Shown piece after piece: positions 44,111 through 54,463 of a DNA stretch of 64,000 bases. Both the position numbers and the translations under genes were made by a program. The stretch's first letter is position 1; each line of letters begins with the position of its first letter. This DNA is from Thermoplasmata archaeon (lineage in GTDB: Archaea > Thermoplasmatota > Thermoplasmata > Halarchaeoplasmatales > Halarchaeoplasmataceae). The stretch is taken from contig PUPH01000066.1 of assembly GCA_003553085.1 (NCBI GenBank), positions 568 to 64,567 on the forward strand, written 5' to 3'. The notes beneath the pieces are model-generated. The model was given only the letters and a program-made list of their open reading frames with translations. It searched no databases and had not been told where the DNA came from.

Positions 44111-44911
44111 GTGATTACTTTGGTAAAAGAAGATAATAGAGTTGAAAGTGGTTTGAACGCACTGGATATCAGGGACCTTTCCGTTAAATTGGGTAATGCT
44201 GAAGTCCTTAAGAACGTTAACCTACAGCTGGAAAGAGGAGATTTTCTAGGTATAATCGGCCCTAACGGCGGGGGTAAAACCACGCTGCTCAAAGTCATAC
44301 TGGGTTTGTTGAAGCCGGATGAAGGCGAAGTAACGATCTTCGGCAGAGAACCAAAAAAAGCGAGAGATAAAGTCGGTTACGTTCCTCAGTACACCGATTT
44401 CGATTCACAGTTCCCTATCGATGTGATGAACGTAGTGCTCATGGGTAGAGTGGGAAAACTGGGATTTAGACCGTTCTTCTCCGATGAAGACAAAAAGATC
44501 GCCCTTAGGGCGCTGGAAAGAGTTGAGATGAAAGATTACAAAGAACGTAAGATATCGGATCTGTCGGGTGGCGAACAACAGAGGGTCCTTCTTGCCAGAG
44601 CTCTTACCACTCGACCGGAGGTCCTTTTACTCGATGAGCCGACGGCTAGTGTGGACGAAAGGATCAAAACTAGCATATACAAACTATTGAAAAAACTAAA
44701 TCGGGAGGAAGGTACCACTATAATAATCGTGTCACACGACATCGGTTTTCTTTCATCCTATGTAGAGAAACTTGCTTGTCTTAATAGAGATTTGATCTAC
44801 CATGGCGGTTCAGAACTCACCCATGAAATGATCGAAGAATCTTATGGATGTAAGATGGATCTGATAGCACATCATCATCATACCGAGGTAGAGGGAGGAC
44901 ATAAGACATGA
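44111..44911 (+). CDS. Metal (Zn/Mn-type) ABC transporter ATP-binding protein, ZnuC-like, with a His-rich C-terminus
   Basis: Walker A GPNGGGKTTL, signature LSGGEQQR, Walker B LLLDEPTASVD, H-loop VSHD. Tail LIAHHHHTEVEGGHKT. GTG start as in the track. Confidence 0.85.
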   Translation: MITLVKEDNRVESGLNALDIRDLSVKLGNAEVLKNVNLQLERGDFLGIIGPNGGGKTTLLKVILGLLKPDEGEVTIFGREPKKARDKVGYVPQYTDFDSQFPIDVMNVVLMGRVGKLGFRPFFSDEDKKIALRALERVEMKDYKERKISDLSGGEQQRVLLARALTTRPEVLLLDEPTASVDERIKTSIYKLLKKLNREEGTTIIIVSHDIGFLSSYVEKLACLNRDLIYHGGSELTHEMIEESYGCKMDLIAHHHHTEVEGGHKT

Positions 44912-45759
44912 TCGATACCATTGCTTCATTTTTGTACGGTTTCTTAGAGATGTTCCAATATACCTTCTGGAGAAGGGCGATCTATACAGGTATCCTTGCT
45001 TCCATATTGTTCGGTATAGTCGGAACCTATGTGGTCATCAAGCGTATCGTTTTCATAAGTGACGGCATCGCTCATGCCTCTTTTGGAGGGATCGGTCTTG
45101 CAATCTTCGTCAGTTACTACTTTTTCACACTCGATCCTTTGCTGGGTGCCGCGATATTTGCTTTACTTTCAGCGGTAGGTATAGGGATCATGAGCAAAGA
45201 GAAGGTCCAGAGAGAAGATACCGCTATAGGCATAATATGGGTGATGGGGATGGCAGTAGGAGCCCTTTTCTACCGAATTACTCCTGGATATAAACCTTCG
45301 ATGGACAGCTTCCTTTTTGGTAATATATACATGATCGGAAGTACTGACATATACCTGCTCGTGTTTTTGGTGATCGGAGTTTTGATAACTGTGGTTCTTT
45401 TTTACTATGAACTACAGGCAGTTAGTTTCGACGACGAGTTCGCTAAGATAGCCGGACTCAACACAGATGCGATATACATCTTTCTGCTCATACTCGTTGC
45501 CTTGTCGATAGTTTTCCTTTTGAGGTTTGTCGGTATAATACTGGTGATAGCTATGCTCACCATCCCAGCCTCGATCTCCAGTGGGATAAGCAACGATATC
45601 AAAAAGATAATGTTTTACTCTTGCATCCTGTCATTGGTTTTCGTCTTATGCGGTCTATCGCTTTCCTATGTTTTCAATACCCCTGCAGGCCCGAGTATAA
45701 CTCTTTTTGCAGGAGGCGTTTTCGTGATAGATATGATCAAGAAAAAAGTAAAAACATGA
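44908..45759 (+). CDS. Metal ABC transporter permease (ABC-3/ZnuB-like)
   Basis: 283 aa with 8-9 TM helices. FLFGNIYMIG and LTIPASISS motifs are typical of ABC-3 permeases. 4-nt overlap with the ATPase gene. Confidence 0.85.
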   Translation: MIDTIASFLYGFLEMFQYTFWRRAIYTGILASILFGIVGTYVVIKRIVFISDGIAHASFGGIGLAIFVSYYFFTLDPLLGAAIFALLSAVGIGIMSKEKVQREDTAIGIIWVMGMAVGALFYRITPGYKPSMDSFLFGNIYMIGSTDIYLLVFLVIGVLITVVLFYYELQAVSFDDEFAKIAGLNTDAIYIFLLILVALSIVFLLRFVGIILVIAMLTIPASISSGISNDIKKIMFYSCILSLVFVLCGLSLSYVFNTPAGPSITLFAGGVFVIDMIKKKVKT

Positions 45760-45779
45760 TGGACCTTATCTTTGAATCG

Positions 45780-46331
45780 TCATCTTCTTGATCTCTTTTT
45801 CTTTTGATTCACGGTGTAAAGCACTACAGCTGCCAACAAGCCTACAGACGAATAAAATAGACCTGGGAAGGGGGTATCTTCATCATCCTGCTCCCCTTCA
45901 TCGGTTTCATCTCCAAGATAACGTGCCTCGGCTTCATCCATGTCTGATAGCAGTTCTTCCGTACTTCGATATCCTACTTCACGCAGGAGCTCGTCACCTT
46001 CAGGAGTCAAGAACACTATGGTTGGAACGTACTGTATCTCCAGCTGTTGAGCTATTTCCACATCTGAAGCCGAATCAACTTTTACCGTGACGAAATCCCG
46101 CATCGCCTGGATCACATCTTTGTCCGTGAACACTTCCTGTTCCATCAGGACACAGAAGCTGCATGTATCCGTGCCCGCGTAAAGTAAGATCAACTTATCA
46201 CGGTTCTCCGCTCTCTCAATACCTCGTTCGTAGGACATCCAAGTGATATCTGCGGCTGCGCCCTGTAACGATGTGATCAGTATCATCGTGGTCAGTAAAA
46301 GGACCATGATCATGTACTTGTGTTTTTGCAT
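45780..46331 (-). CDS. Secreted/membrane-anchored thioredoxin-fold protein (CxxC = CSFC)
   Basis: MQKHKYMIMVLLLTTMILITSLQGAAA signal. KLILLYAGTDTCSFCVLMEQEVF..YVPTIVFLTPEG thioredoxin-like core. Acidic linker and C-terminal TM LFYSSVGLLAAVVLY plus KKKRSRR. I chose the start at internal Met 46331. Confidence 0.6.
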   Translation of the reverse strand: MQKHKYMIMVLLLTTMILITSLQGAAADITWMSYERGIERAENRDKLILLYAGTDTCSFCVLMEQEVFTDKDVIQAMRDFVTVKVDSASDVEIAQQLEIQYVPTIVFLTPEGDELLREVGYRSTEELLSDMDEAEARYLGDETDEGEQDDEDTPFPGLFYSSVGLLAAVVLYTVNQKKKRSRR

Positions 46332-46710
46332 CAATAATACATAACCTGTTGGTGTTATATATTTTTCGGATGGGGGGCTTGTGTTATTCTCCAAAAATTT
46401 CGTCAAGATATAAGTACAGTCTTCATAGGTCGTTTGTCGTTCAAAAATTACCTCGCCATACCAAATCCTTTTTCGATTGTCGATCCATCCAAAGAAGATC
46501 ATCAAAAAGAAACTGAGGTACCTATGGAAGCAGGTGAATATCAGAGGTGACGGGCATGCCTACTTAGCATAGAACTTCATTAATAATATATACAAATGGT
46601 CGCATGAAGATATTGGAATTTTGGACTCGCGCTGCCCTATATATTCAATAGTAGCACTTTTTCTTAGTAAATCTTAAATAAAGTATGCAAGTCTCCGATT
46701 AGTGATAAAC

Positions 46711-48591
46711 ATGTCGGGACATTGGGGAAAGTTATTAAGGATAAATCTGGACGATAACGAAGTGAAGACCGAAGAACTTTCGGATAGTTTTCTGAGGAGG
46801 TACGTTGGTGGAGCCGGTTTCACAGGACGGATACTTTACGAAGAAGTAGGGGCAGAGGTGGATCCATTATCACCTGAGAACAAACTGATAATGGCACCCG
46901 GTCTGCTACTTGGACCAAAGGTACCCACCGCTTCAAAAACCGCATTCGGTTTCAAGAGTCCACTCACCGGAGGATACGGTAAGGCCATAGTCGGCGGCTG
47001 GATCGGAGATCGTTTGAAAAAAGCAGGATACGATGTACTAGTGATCGAAGGAAAGGCGAAGGAGCCCTCCGTGGTCGTGATCGAAGATGATGAAGTGAAG
47101 ATCGAAAGCGCCGAAGATCTGTGGGGTATGGATACCCACGAGACCGGGGAAGCTTTGAAGGAAAGATACGGTAAAGTCAAGACCGCTGTCATCGGACCTG
47201 CCGGAGAAAAGCTATCTAAGATCTCGATGATCGAATGTGACGAGAGGCAGGCAGGCCGTGGTGGACCCGGTGCGGTCATGGGCAGTAAAAACCTCAAAGG
47301 CATCGCGATAGAGGGTACAAAGGATTATCCGGTATATGATCAAGAGAAACTGGACGAGTTGAATTCCAAGTTCAGGAAGGAGACCGTTGAACAGGGGAAA
47401 ACAGATATGGACCTAGGTACCGGTTCTGCTATCCATCCTCTGAACGTGGAGATAGGAGCCTTCCCATCAAAGAACTGGGAGGCGGGTTACTTCAAAGAAG
47501 CTTATGAAAAACTCGACGATCCTCAGGAGGGCAGGATAGAACTGGATCCCAACGTTTGGGTGGAGAAGTACAGGGACGGAAGAAGACCTTGCCCGTACTG
47601 TACAAAACCATGCAGCCAATTCTTCGTGGCGGAAGATACGCCCTACGGTGATATTGCCATCGACGGGCCGGAGTACGAAACACAGTATTCTCTGGGAGGC
47701 TGCTGCGGAGTGGAAGACGTTGAGGCGGTCACCAAGGCCAATGAGATCTGTGACAAACTGGGGATCGATACCATATCAGCAGGTGTCACCGTCGCTTGGG
47801 CCATGGAAGCCTACGAAAAAGGACTGTTGGAACTGGATGATATGGAGCTGAACTTCGGGAACGCCCACGCCATGATCGAAGCCGTCAGGCAGATGGGCGA
47901 TAAAGAAGGAGAACTGGGAGAGCTGCTGTTCAACGGTGTTAAAGAAGCCGCGGAAACACTAGGTAAAGGTTCTGAGAAGTTCGCCATACACATCAAAGGT
48001 ATGGAGCCTCCGGGATACGAAGCTAGAGGCATGTTCGGTATGGGTCTTGCACTAGCAGTGGCACCGAGAGGCGCAGACCACCTGACGTCCTGTGAGTATG
48101 CCTTGGACTACGGAGGAAGCTTCTGGCACTTCGAAGACTACGCGAGGGACGACATCGTATCCAAGGGATTCCCGCTGAAGTGCATGGAGGATCTCATGAT
48201 GTTGTACGATATGACCGGGATGTGCAAGTTCTCTAGAGGTATCTTCCTGGATAAGCCCCTTCTGAAGCTCATCAACGCCATAACTGGATGGAACATGTCC
48301 ATAGGAGAACTGTTGACCGCCGGAGAAAGGGGGCACAACCTGGCAAAGGCGTACAACGTTAGAGAAGGTTTCTCACGAGAAGACGATATACTTCCAGATA
48401 GGGTTATGAAGGAAGAGGTACCTTACGGACCCAACAAAGGAAGAAAGATCCCAAGAAGGGAACTGGAGATGGCCCTGGACCGTTACTATACCGCTAGAGG
48501 CTGGGACCTGGAAGGAGTACCCACCAAGGCAAAGCTTCAGGTATTGGACCTGGAAGATGTGGCCGACGAGGTCGGCTCCACCAAACAATAA
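46711..48591 (+). CDS. aor: Aldehyde:ferredoxin oxidoreductase family (tungstopterin enzyme)
   Basis: MSGHWGKLLRINL..YVGGAGFTGRILYEE N-domain. 4Fe-4S ligands RRPCPYCTKPCS. DGPEYETQYSLGGCCGV, DTISAGVTVAWAMEAYEKG, ARGMFGMGLALAVAPRGADH. Length about 626 aa. TATA-like TCTTAAATAAAG lies about 34 nt upstream. Confidence 0.85.
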   Translation: MSGHWGKLLRINLDDNEVKTEELSDSFLRRYVGGAGFTGRILYEEVGAEVDPLSPENKLIMAPGLLLGPKVPTASKTAFGFKSPLTGGYGKAIVGGWIGDRLKKAGYDVLVIEGKAKEPSVVVIEDDEVKIESAEDLWGMDTHETGEALKERYGKVKTAVIGPAGEKLSKISMIECDERQAGRGGPGAVMGSKNLKGIAIEGTKDYPVYDQEKLDELNSKFRKETVEQGKTDMDLGTGSAIHPLNVEIGAFPSKNWEAGYFKEAYEKLDDPQEGRIELDPNVWVEKYRDGRRPCPYCTKPCSQFFVAEDTPYGDIAIDGPEYETQYSLGGCCGVEDVEAVTKANEICDKLGIDTISAGVTVAWAMEAYEKGLLELDDMELNFGNAHAMIEAVRQMGDKEGELGELLFNGVKEAAETLGKGSEKFAIHIKGMEPPGYEARGMFGMGLALAVAPRGADHLTSCEYALDYGGSFWHFEDYARDDIVSKGFPLKCMEDLMMLYDMTGMCKFSRGIFLDKPLLKLINAITGWNMSIGELLTAGERGHNLAKAYNVREGFSREDDILPDRVMKEEVPYGPNKGRKIPRRELEMALDRYYTARGWDLEGVPTKAKLQVLDLEDVADEVGSTKQ

Positions 48592-48613
48592 ACCCCTTCC
48601 TTTCTTTTTTTAC
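48590..48613 (+). terminator. Oligo-T terminator candidate (same motif family as 25972 and 38541)
   Basis: AAACCCCTTCCTTTCTTTTTTTAC overlaps the last base of the aor stop codon (TAA 48589-48591) and runs downstream. Confidence 0.4.
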
Positions 48614-48627
48614 AGCTGCAGACAATA

Positions 48628-48640
48628 ACATATAAATATG
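48628..48640 (+). promoter_or_regulatory. TATA-box-like element upstream of rpl10e
   Basis: ACATATAAATATG is centred about 30 nt upstream of ATG 48664. That spacing favours 48664 over the track start at 48649. Confidence 0.35.
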
Positions 48641-48663
48641 TAGTACTCATGGATGTGATTCAC

Positions 48664-49167
48664 ATGGCTAAAAAACCAGGTAGTATGTACAGAGAAGTCA
48701 AGGGTCAAGCCTACACCCGTAAGAAGTACATCGGAGGTGTACCTCACGTTAGAGTAGGTCAGTTCATGATGGGTAACAGGACCCGGGAGTTCGACTTAGA
48801 GCTCGAGCTGATCGCAGAAGAGAAATGTCAGATAAAAGACAACGCCCTGGAATCTGCCCGTGTAGTACTTACGAGGTTTTTAACCAGAAGACTCGGTGAT
48901 AAGAACTTCCGCGCACAAATACTTGTGTATCCACATCATGTTTTGAGAGAGAACAAACAGGCAACCGGTGCAGGTGCAGATAGGTTGTCGGAAGGTATGC
49001 GCAGGTCCTTTGGGAAAAAAGTCGGAAACGCCGCCAGAGTCAAATCGGATCAACCAGTTATACGGGTTTGGGTAAATGAGAAGGACTTCGATATAGGAAA
49101 AGACGCACTTAGAAGGGCGTCGATGAAGTTACCTACTCCATGCAGGCAACGTGTGAATGAGAATTGA
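48664..49167 (+). CDS. rpl10e: 50S ribosomal protein L10e (uL16)
   Basis: MAKKPGSMYREVKGQAYTRKKYIGGVP..LRENKQATGAGADRLSEGMRRSFGK is the typical L10e pattern. Confidence 0.9.
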   Translation: MAKKPGSMYREVKGQAYTRKKYIGGVPHVRVGQFMMGNRTREFDLELELIAEEKCQIKDNALESARVVLTRFLTRRLGDKNFRAQILVYPHHVLRENKQATGAGADRLSEGMRRSFGKKVGNAARVKSDQPVIRVWVNEKDFDIGKDALRRASMKLPTPCRQRVNEN

Positions 49168-49168
49168 G

Positions 49169-49609
49169 TCACTCATCCTTACAGTAGCTTCCCTTGACCA
49201 CCGCGACGGTGCATCTAGCATTCTTTAACACTTTATCCGTAGTGCTGCCCAGGAAAAATTTTGTGAATCCAGATGCACCATGACTGCTTATGTATATTAT
49301 ATCATCACCGTTCGCCATATCGGTTATGACTTTGTATGGTATCCCTTCTTTGATTTCAGTTTTGATCTCAACACCTTTGGTGGACGCGTATTCTTTCAAT
49401 TTAATCAACGTCTTCGTTCCCGTTTGCTTGAAACCCGTCCTTGCGGAGTCCTTTATGGAATGGTGATGCAGACCCTCATATTCCTTCACATCTATCACAT
49501 ATAGGGCCACAACGGGCAACCCTAACCGACGAGCAAACTCTAGGCCTTCACGTACTCCAGCTTGAGCGCATCTCGAACCGTCCGTAGGTACTATAACCCT
49601 CTGGTACAT
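49169..49609 (-). CDS. Universal stress protein (UspA family)
   Basis: YQRVIVPTDGS..VVALYVIDV..IYISSHGASGFTKFFLGSTTDKVLKNARCTVAVVK (ATP-binding G-x2-G-x9-GS motif). I chose the start at internal Met 49609. Confidence 0.75.
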   Translation of the reverse strand: MYQRVIVPTDGSRCAQAGVREGLEFARRLGLPVVALYVIDVKEYEGLHHHSIKDSARTGFKQTGTKTLIKLKEYASTKGVEIKTEIKEGIPYKVITDMANGDDIIYISSHGASGFTKFFLGSTTDKVLKNARCTVAVVKGSYCKDE

Positions 49610-49706
49610 GGTCAGATAAGACGGGGCAATGTATAAAAAATTCACCCCGATGGCTCGACGTATTCCACCGAAAGCATAAATTGACCTACTTCGTTCTCCT
49701 TTTCAT

Positions 49707-50531
49707 ATGAAGGTACTGCACGTTTGCTCAGAGAAGGCCGTCCCCATGCACAATATAATCGATCTGTATGGAAAAGAGTTGAGTTCACTCGGGATAGAGG
49801 TGGTGAAAGATACAACGGGCAGTATAGATCAGGACTACGACATCATCCACGGACACTATGCCCTAACCAGACCCGTGCTGAAGGCTTTCTTCAAAGCCCG
49901 TGCAAAGAGGATTCCTTTCATCATCCATCATCACGGTAGTGACATAAGGAGGATAGATGACCGGGGTGCGGTACCGATACTACCTCATCACAGAGCTATC
50001 TGTTCAGCTGTCCGCAGAGGTGCCGATATGGCTCTGTTGAGCACTCCAGATCTGCTGGAATGGGTCAACGGGTTCTATATCCCGAACCCTGTGGATCTAG
50101 ATAGATTTAAACCTATGAACATAGAAAAAACACACCGTACACTATTGTTCGGAAGGTTCGCCTCGCGTGAACTGCTACTACCGTTGTTGGATAAAGATAA
50201 GGAGTACGATATGTTGAACTGGGGAGTGGATATGAAACTCCCGAAGAACGTCAGGAAGATACCGTTCCAGCCCAACGAACGATTGCCGGATCTTTTCAAC
50301 CGATATGAGAAGATGATAGGTCCGCTCACCGACCCGGTCTCACTTGGCAGACTAGAGGCCATGGCCTGCGGACTGAAAACTTATACCGACTTCCCGAAAA
50401 AGTACACGGTATTCTATGGTTTCGAGGATCCTGATGAAGTGGATGATCCCAGAAGGTTCGTCCAGAAGTACCACTCACCTAAAGCAGTAGCGGACATCCT
50501 CGTATCCGTGTATAAGGAACTCATCCGGTGA
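49707..50531 (+). CDS. Short GT-B (GT4-like) glycosyltransferase-like protein
   Basis: MKVLHVCS..DIIHGHY..IHHHGSD N-half, and SLGRLEAMACGLK (EX7E-like region) in the C-half. It is shorter (274 aa) than typical GT4 enzymes, so function is uncertain. Confidence 0.5.
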   Translation: MKVLHVCSEKAVPMHNIIDLYGKELSSLGIEVVKDTTGSIDQDYDIIHGHYALTRPVLKAFFKARAKRIPFIIHHHGSDIRRIDDRGAVPILPHHRAICSAVRRGADMALLSTPDLLEWVNGFYIPNPVDLDRFKPMNIEKTHRTLLFGRFASRELLLPLLDKDKEYDMLNWGVDMKLPKNVRKIPFQPNERLPDLFNRYEKMIGPLTDPVSLGRLEAMACGLKTYTDFPKKYTVFYGFEDPDEVDDPRRFVQKYHSPKAVADILVSVYKELIR

Positions 50532-51585
50532 TTATATTGACTATGCGCTCGGATGCTCGTCCATCACCGTAAGGACAGTCTTCCGGTTTCCATCCGTCCT
50601 GTTCGAACCTGTCTATTGCGTTCAAAATATCATCACTGTTTGTACCGACTACTTCTGCAAATCCCGCATCAACGGCCTCCGGACGTTCGGTGGATTCACG
50701 CAGAACGAACACTTTTTTCTTTATGTTGGGCGCAGTGGCTTCCTCCTGGATCCCTCCGGAATCCGTTAGAATATATCGGGCATTCTTCATCAGCATCAAA
50801 AATTCCAGGTAACCTTGAGGTTTCATCAGCTTCATGCCGGTGATATCCTTCAACTTACTGTACAGACCAGTATGTTTGAACATCTTCTCCGCCCGGGGAT
50901 GGATGGGGTACACTTTGGTACCCGGGATGTTCTCGAAGACATCTAGGAACTGTTTCAGAACACTTCTATCATCAACGTTTTCCGCCCGATGGGCGGTTAC
51001 TAGGACGTACTCACCGGGTATGTCCACCCTGGATTTTTCCTGGGCGATCTCCATGTTCTGCATGCAGGCGTCGATAACTGTGTTACCGGTGACGTGTATG
51101 TCTCCCCAGACTTTCTCTCCACGCAGTATCTCCGCACTCTTCTCCGTTGGAGCGAACAGATGATGGGAACAGTGATCTGTCAGTCTGCGATTGTGTTCCT
51201 CAGGCATCCTCAGATCGTAGCTCCTTAAACCTGCCTCGACGTGTCCGACCTTCAGATCCATCTTCACTGCGGCTAAGGCCCCTGCCAATACCGTATTGGT
51301 ATCACCCTGCACCAGCACTATGTCCGAGCCCAGAGTCGCATATGCCTTTTCCAACCCCATCAGAGCTTTACCGGTCTGCTCGGCCTGAGATCCCGAGCCC
51401 ACACCGATGTGTTCTTCCGGTGGAGAAAGGTTCAATTCCTTGAAGAATATCTCCGACACCTCGTGATCATAATGCTGCCCAGTATGGATCACATCGTATG
51501 GGATATCTCGATCTTTAAGTTCTCTTATCAATGGACTCATCTTGATTATTTCAGGTCTGGTACCCAGTACGACTGCCACTCTCAT
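50521..51585 (-). CDS. wecB: UDP-N-acetylglucosamine 2-epimerase (non-hydrolysing, WecB-type)
   Basis: MRVAVVLGTRPEIIKMSPLI..IHTGQHYD..VLVQGDTNT..GHVEAGLRS..PEE.NRR..TDSGGIQEEA. 354 aa. Confidence 0.85.
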   Translation of the reverse strand: MRVAVVLGTRPEIIKMSPLIRELKDRDIPYDVIHTGQHYDHEVSEIFFKELNLSPPEEHIGVGSGSQAEQTGKALMGLEKAYATLGSDIVLVQGDTNTVLAGALAAVKMDLKVGHVEAGLRSYDLRMPEEHNRRLTDHCSHHLFAPTEKSAEILRGEKVWGDIHVTGNTVIDACMQNMEIAQEKSRVDIPGEYVLVTAHRAENVDDRSVLKQFLDVFENIPGTKVYPIHPRAEKMFKHTGLYSKLKDITGMKLMKPQGYLEFLMLMKNARYILTDSGGIQEEATAPNIKKKVFVLRESTERPEAVDAGFAEVVGTNSDDILNAIDRFEQDGWKPEDCPYGDGRASERIVNIITG

Positions 51586-51679
51586 GATAAAGGGAATGCG
51601 TTGCGCTTATAAAAACAATCTGCCGACACAATAGTTATAATAACGCTACTTATTCTCCAATCCATAAAGGAGGATCAAA

Positions 51680-52843
51680 ATGAACGAAGTAGTTATCGTC
51701 TCCGCCGTGAGAACGCCCATAGGGAAGTACTTGGGTAGCTTAAAAGATATCAGAGCGCCGAAATTAGGCAGTTTAGTGATCGAAGAGGCCGTTAAAAGAG
51801 CGGGCATCGAAGATGAAGATGTGCAGGAAGTGCTCATGGGATTGGTGATCTCAGCAGGTCTGGGTCAGAACCCTGCCAGACAGGCGGCCCTGGGTGCCGG
51901 AATACCGGTCACATCGGGAGCAACCACCATAAATAAGGTATGCGGCTCAGGTTTGAAGTCCATAATGATGGCTGCGAACTCCATAAAGGCAGGTGAGTAT
52001 GATGTGATCGCCGCCGGTGGTATGGAGAACATGAGCGGTGCACCACATATATTGAGGAAAGCTAGACAGGGATACCGTCTGGGGAACGGAGAACTGGTCG
52101 ATGCCATGGTATTCGACGGACTCTGGGAGATATACAACGATTACCACATGGGAATGACGGGAGAGAGGATAGCAGAGAGGTTCGGTTTAACGCGTGAGGA
52201 GATCGATTCGTTCGCAGTCAGGAGTCACAAACTTGCACACGAAGCCACGGAGAACGGATGGTTCGACCATGAGATAATTCCGGTAGAGCACAGGAGGGGT
52301 ACGTTGGAGGAAGATGAAGGAATAAGAGCGGACAGTACTGTGGAAAAACTGTCCAAGCTGAAACCGGTCTTCAAGAAGGACGGTATGGTCACTGCGGGGA
52401 ACGCTTCCCAGCTGTCTGACGGTGCTTCAGCGGTCGTGGTCATGAGTGGAACTAAAGCCGAATCTTTAGGCCTGGAACCCATGGCACGGATAGTGGATTA
52501 CCACACATCAGGTGTAAAACCAGAGAACATAATGGAGGCCCCGATACCTACCACTAGAGAACTAATGGAGAGGAACGACCTCAGCGTCGATGACATAGAT
52601 CTGATAGAGCACAACGAAGCCTTTGCTTCCGCTTCAGTGGCGGTTCAACAGGAATTCGATATACCTGAGGATAAATTCAACATCCACGGAGGCGCCGTGG
52701 CTCTGGGACATCCCATAGGATGTTCCGGTGCAAGAGTACTGACTACGTTACTGTATGCGATGAAAAGACGTGACGCTCACAGAGGGTTAGCTACACTTTG
52801 TTTGGGCGGAGGCAACGCTGTTTCTATGATAGTGGAGATGTGA
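51680..52843 (+). CDS. Acetyl-CoA C-acetyltransferase (thiolase II, bacterial-type)
   Basis: [14 protein letters not shown], active-site [56 protein letters not shown] upstream. Confidence 0.9.
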   Translation: MNEVVIVSAVRTPIGKYLGSLKDIRAPKLGSLVIEEAVKRAGIEDEDVQEVLMGLVISAGLGQNPARQAALGAGIPVTSGATTINKVCGSGLKSIMMAANSIKAGEYDVIAAGGMENMSGAPHILRKARQGYRLGNGELVDAMVFDGLWEIYNDYHMGMTGERIAERFGLTREEIDSFAVRSHKLAHEATENGWFDHEIIPVEHRRGTLEEDEGIRADSTVEKLSKLKPVFKKDGMVTAGNASQLSDGASAVVVMSGTKAESLGLEPMARIVDYHTSGVKPENIMEAPIPTTRELMERNDLSVDDIDLIEHNEAFASASVAVQQEFDIPEDKFNIHGGAVALGHPIGCSGARVLTTLLYAMKRRDAHRGLATLCLGGGNAVSMIVEM

Positions 52844-52848
52844 TACAG

Positions 52849-53691
52849 ATGAAGAAGATAGGAGTATTAGGTGCGGGTACCATGGGCGGCGGGATAGCAC
52901 TGGCAGCTGCCCAGAGCGGTTATCGAGTGTTGATACGAGATATAGAAGAGAGTTTCCTGGAAGGTGGTATGGAAAGGATCGAGAGATCTCTGTCCAAAGC
53001 CGTCTCCAAGGAGAAGATATCCGAGGATGAGAAGGAAGAAGTGCTGGGAAGGTTGGACACCACATTGGAATTGGAAGACATGGAAGGATGTGACATCATC
53101 ATCGAAGCGGTGGTGGAGGACCTTGATATAAAAACAGATGTCTTCAAAAAGCTGGACGATATCTGTGGTCCGGACACGATCTTCGCTTCCAACACCTCGA
53201 CCATACCCATCACCAAGTTGGCCTCTGCAACGGATAGGCCGGAGAAGTTCATAGGTATGCACTTCTTCAACCCCGTGCAGTACATGAAACTGGTGGAAGT
53301 GATCAAGGGTATGCACACATCCGAAGAGACCGTTGAGGATGTGATCGGATTGGCGGAGGATCTCGGCAAGGAACCCGTTTGTATAGAGGATTCACCCGGC
53401 TTCGCCGTCAACAGACTTCTGATACCCATGATCAACGAAGCGGTGTTCGCTCTGCAAGAAGGTGTGGCGGAAAGAGAAGACATAGACAAAGTGATGAAAT
53501 TAGGAGCAAATCACCCCATGGGACCCCTTGCATTGGCGGATCTGATTGGTCTCGATGTGTGCTTGAACATCATGGATGTTCTATACCAAGAGTTCGGCGA
53601 TCCGAAGTACCGCCCCTGTCCACTGCTTAACAAGATGGTGCGTGCGGGACTGCTGGGACGTAAGACAGGAGAGGGTTTCTACGAATATTGA
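52849..53691 (+). CDS. hbd: 3-hydroxybutyryl-CoA / 3-hydroxyacyl-CoA dehydrogenase
   Basis: [17 protein letters not shown] (Rossmann), [58 protein letters not shown]. The start at 52849 sits inside the longer track ORF. Confidence 0.9.
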   Translation: MKKIGVLGAGTMGGGIALAAAQSGYRVLIRDIEESFLEGGMERIERSLSKAVSKEKISEDEKEEVLGRLDTTLELEDMEGCDIIIEAVVEDLDIKTDVFKKLDDICGPDTIFASNTSTIPITKLASATDRPEKFIGMHFFNPVQYMKLVEVIKGMHTSEETVEDVIGLAEDLGKEPVCIEDSPGFAVNRLLIPMINEAVFALQEGVAEREDIDKVMKLGANHPMGPLALADLIGLDVCLNIMDVLYQEFGDPKYRPCPLLNKMVRAGLLGRKTGEGFYEY

Positions 53692-53703
53692 TGGTGATAC
53701 TAC

Positions 53704-54459
53704 ATGATAGAAGTATCAAAAGAGGATCACGTTACAGTGATAAAACTGGATCGTCCACCGGTCAATGCATTGTGCACCGAGATGCTGGATGAGCTGGAGG
53801 ATTCATTGGAGGATCTGTCTGATGCACGATGTGTGGTGATCACAGGCGAAGGAAAGGCCTTCGTCGCAGGTGCCGATATATCAGAGATGAAGGATATGAC
53901 CCCGGAGGAGGCTCATGAATTTTCTCGCAAAGGGCATGGAGTGTTTGGAAAAATACGGGAGTTACCGATACCCGTGATCTCCGCTGTAAACGGATACGCA
54001 CTGGGCGGCGGATTGGAACTGGCAATGACTGCGGATATGATAGTGGCATCAGATCGGGCGCAGTTCGGACAGCCGGAAGTCGGACTGGGTATAATACCCG
54101 GGTTCGGAGGAACACAGATGCTCAGCAGGTTGGTCGGTCCCAGCCATGCAAAAGAGCTGATATTTACTGGTAAAACCATCGACGCCCAGCGTGCACTAGA
54201 GATCGGCCTGGTTAACAAAGTGGTTCCCGGAGAAGAGCTGATGGATACGGTGATGAATATTGCAAAAACAATCTCGTCCAACGGTCCTGCCGCAGTATCC
54301 TTGGCCAAATCATCTATCGATGACGGTTTAGAACTGGTCATGGACGAAGCACTCGAATTGGAAGCATCGAATTTTGAGAGATGCTTCTCTACAGAAGATC
54401 AGAAGGAAGGTATGGAAGCCTTCCTATCCAAAAGGAAGCCCGAATTCAAAGGTGAGTGA
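53704..54459 (+). CDS. crt: Enoyl-CoA hydratase (crotonase family)
   Basis: LDRPPVNAL, VITGEGKAFVAGADI, AVNGYALGGGLELAMTADM, FGQPEVGLGIIPGFGGTQ, EGMEAFLSKRKPEFKG. Confidence 0.9.
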   Translation: MIEVSKEDHVTVIKLDRPPVNALCTEMLDELEDSLEDLSDARCVVITGEGKAFVAGADISEMKDMTPEEAHEFSRKGHGVFGKIRELPIPVISAVNGYALGGGLELAMTADMIVASDRAQFGQPEVGLGIIPGFGGTQMLSRLVGPSHAKELIFTGKTIDAQRALEIGLVNKVVPGEELMDTVMNIAKTISSNGPAAVSLAKSSIDDGLELVMDEALELEASNFERCFSTEDQKEGMEAFLSKRKPEFKGE

Positions 54460-54463
54460 ATCA

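Noticed and set aside
46332-46505. 58-aa N-terminal extension of the thioredoxin-like ORF
   Set aside because: The internal Met at 46331 is followed immediately by a canonical signal peptide. The extension would bury that signal inside the protein.
52920-53489. Long antisense ORFs inside well-supported genes. Examples: 52920..53489 and 52867..53316 in hbd, 46836..47303 in aor, 4663..5151 in pheT, 29249..29782 in the T2SSF gene, 34678..35175 in the MgtE gene, 20032..20580 and 20705..21175 in the giant adhesin gene, 5896..6342 in the UbiA gene
   Set aside because: Each overlaps a gene with strong family motifs on the other strand. Their products are Ser/Arg/Pro- or Ile/Phe-rich with no recognisable motifs, which is expected for a genome with codon-biased acidic proteins.
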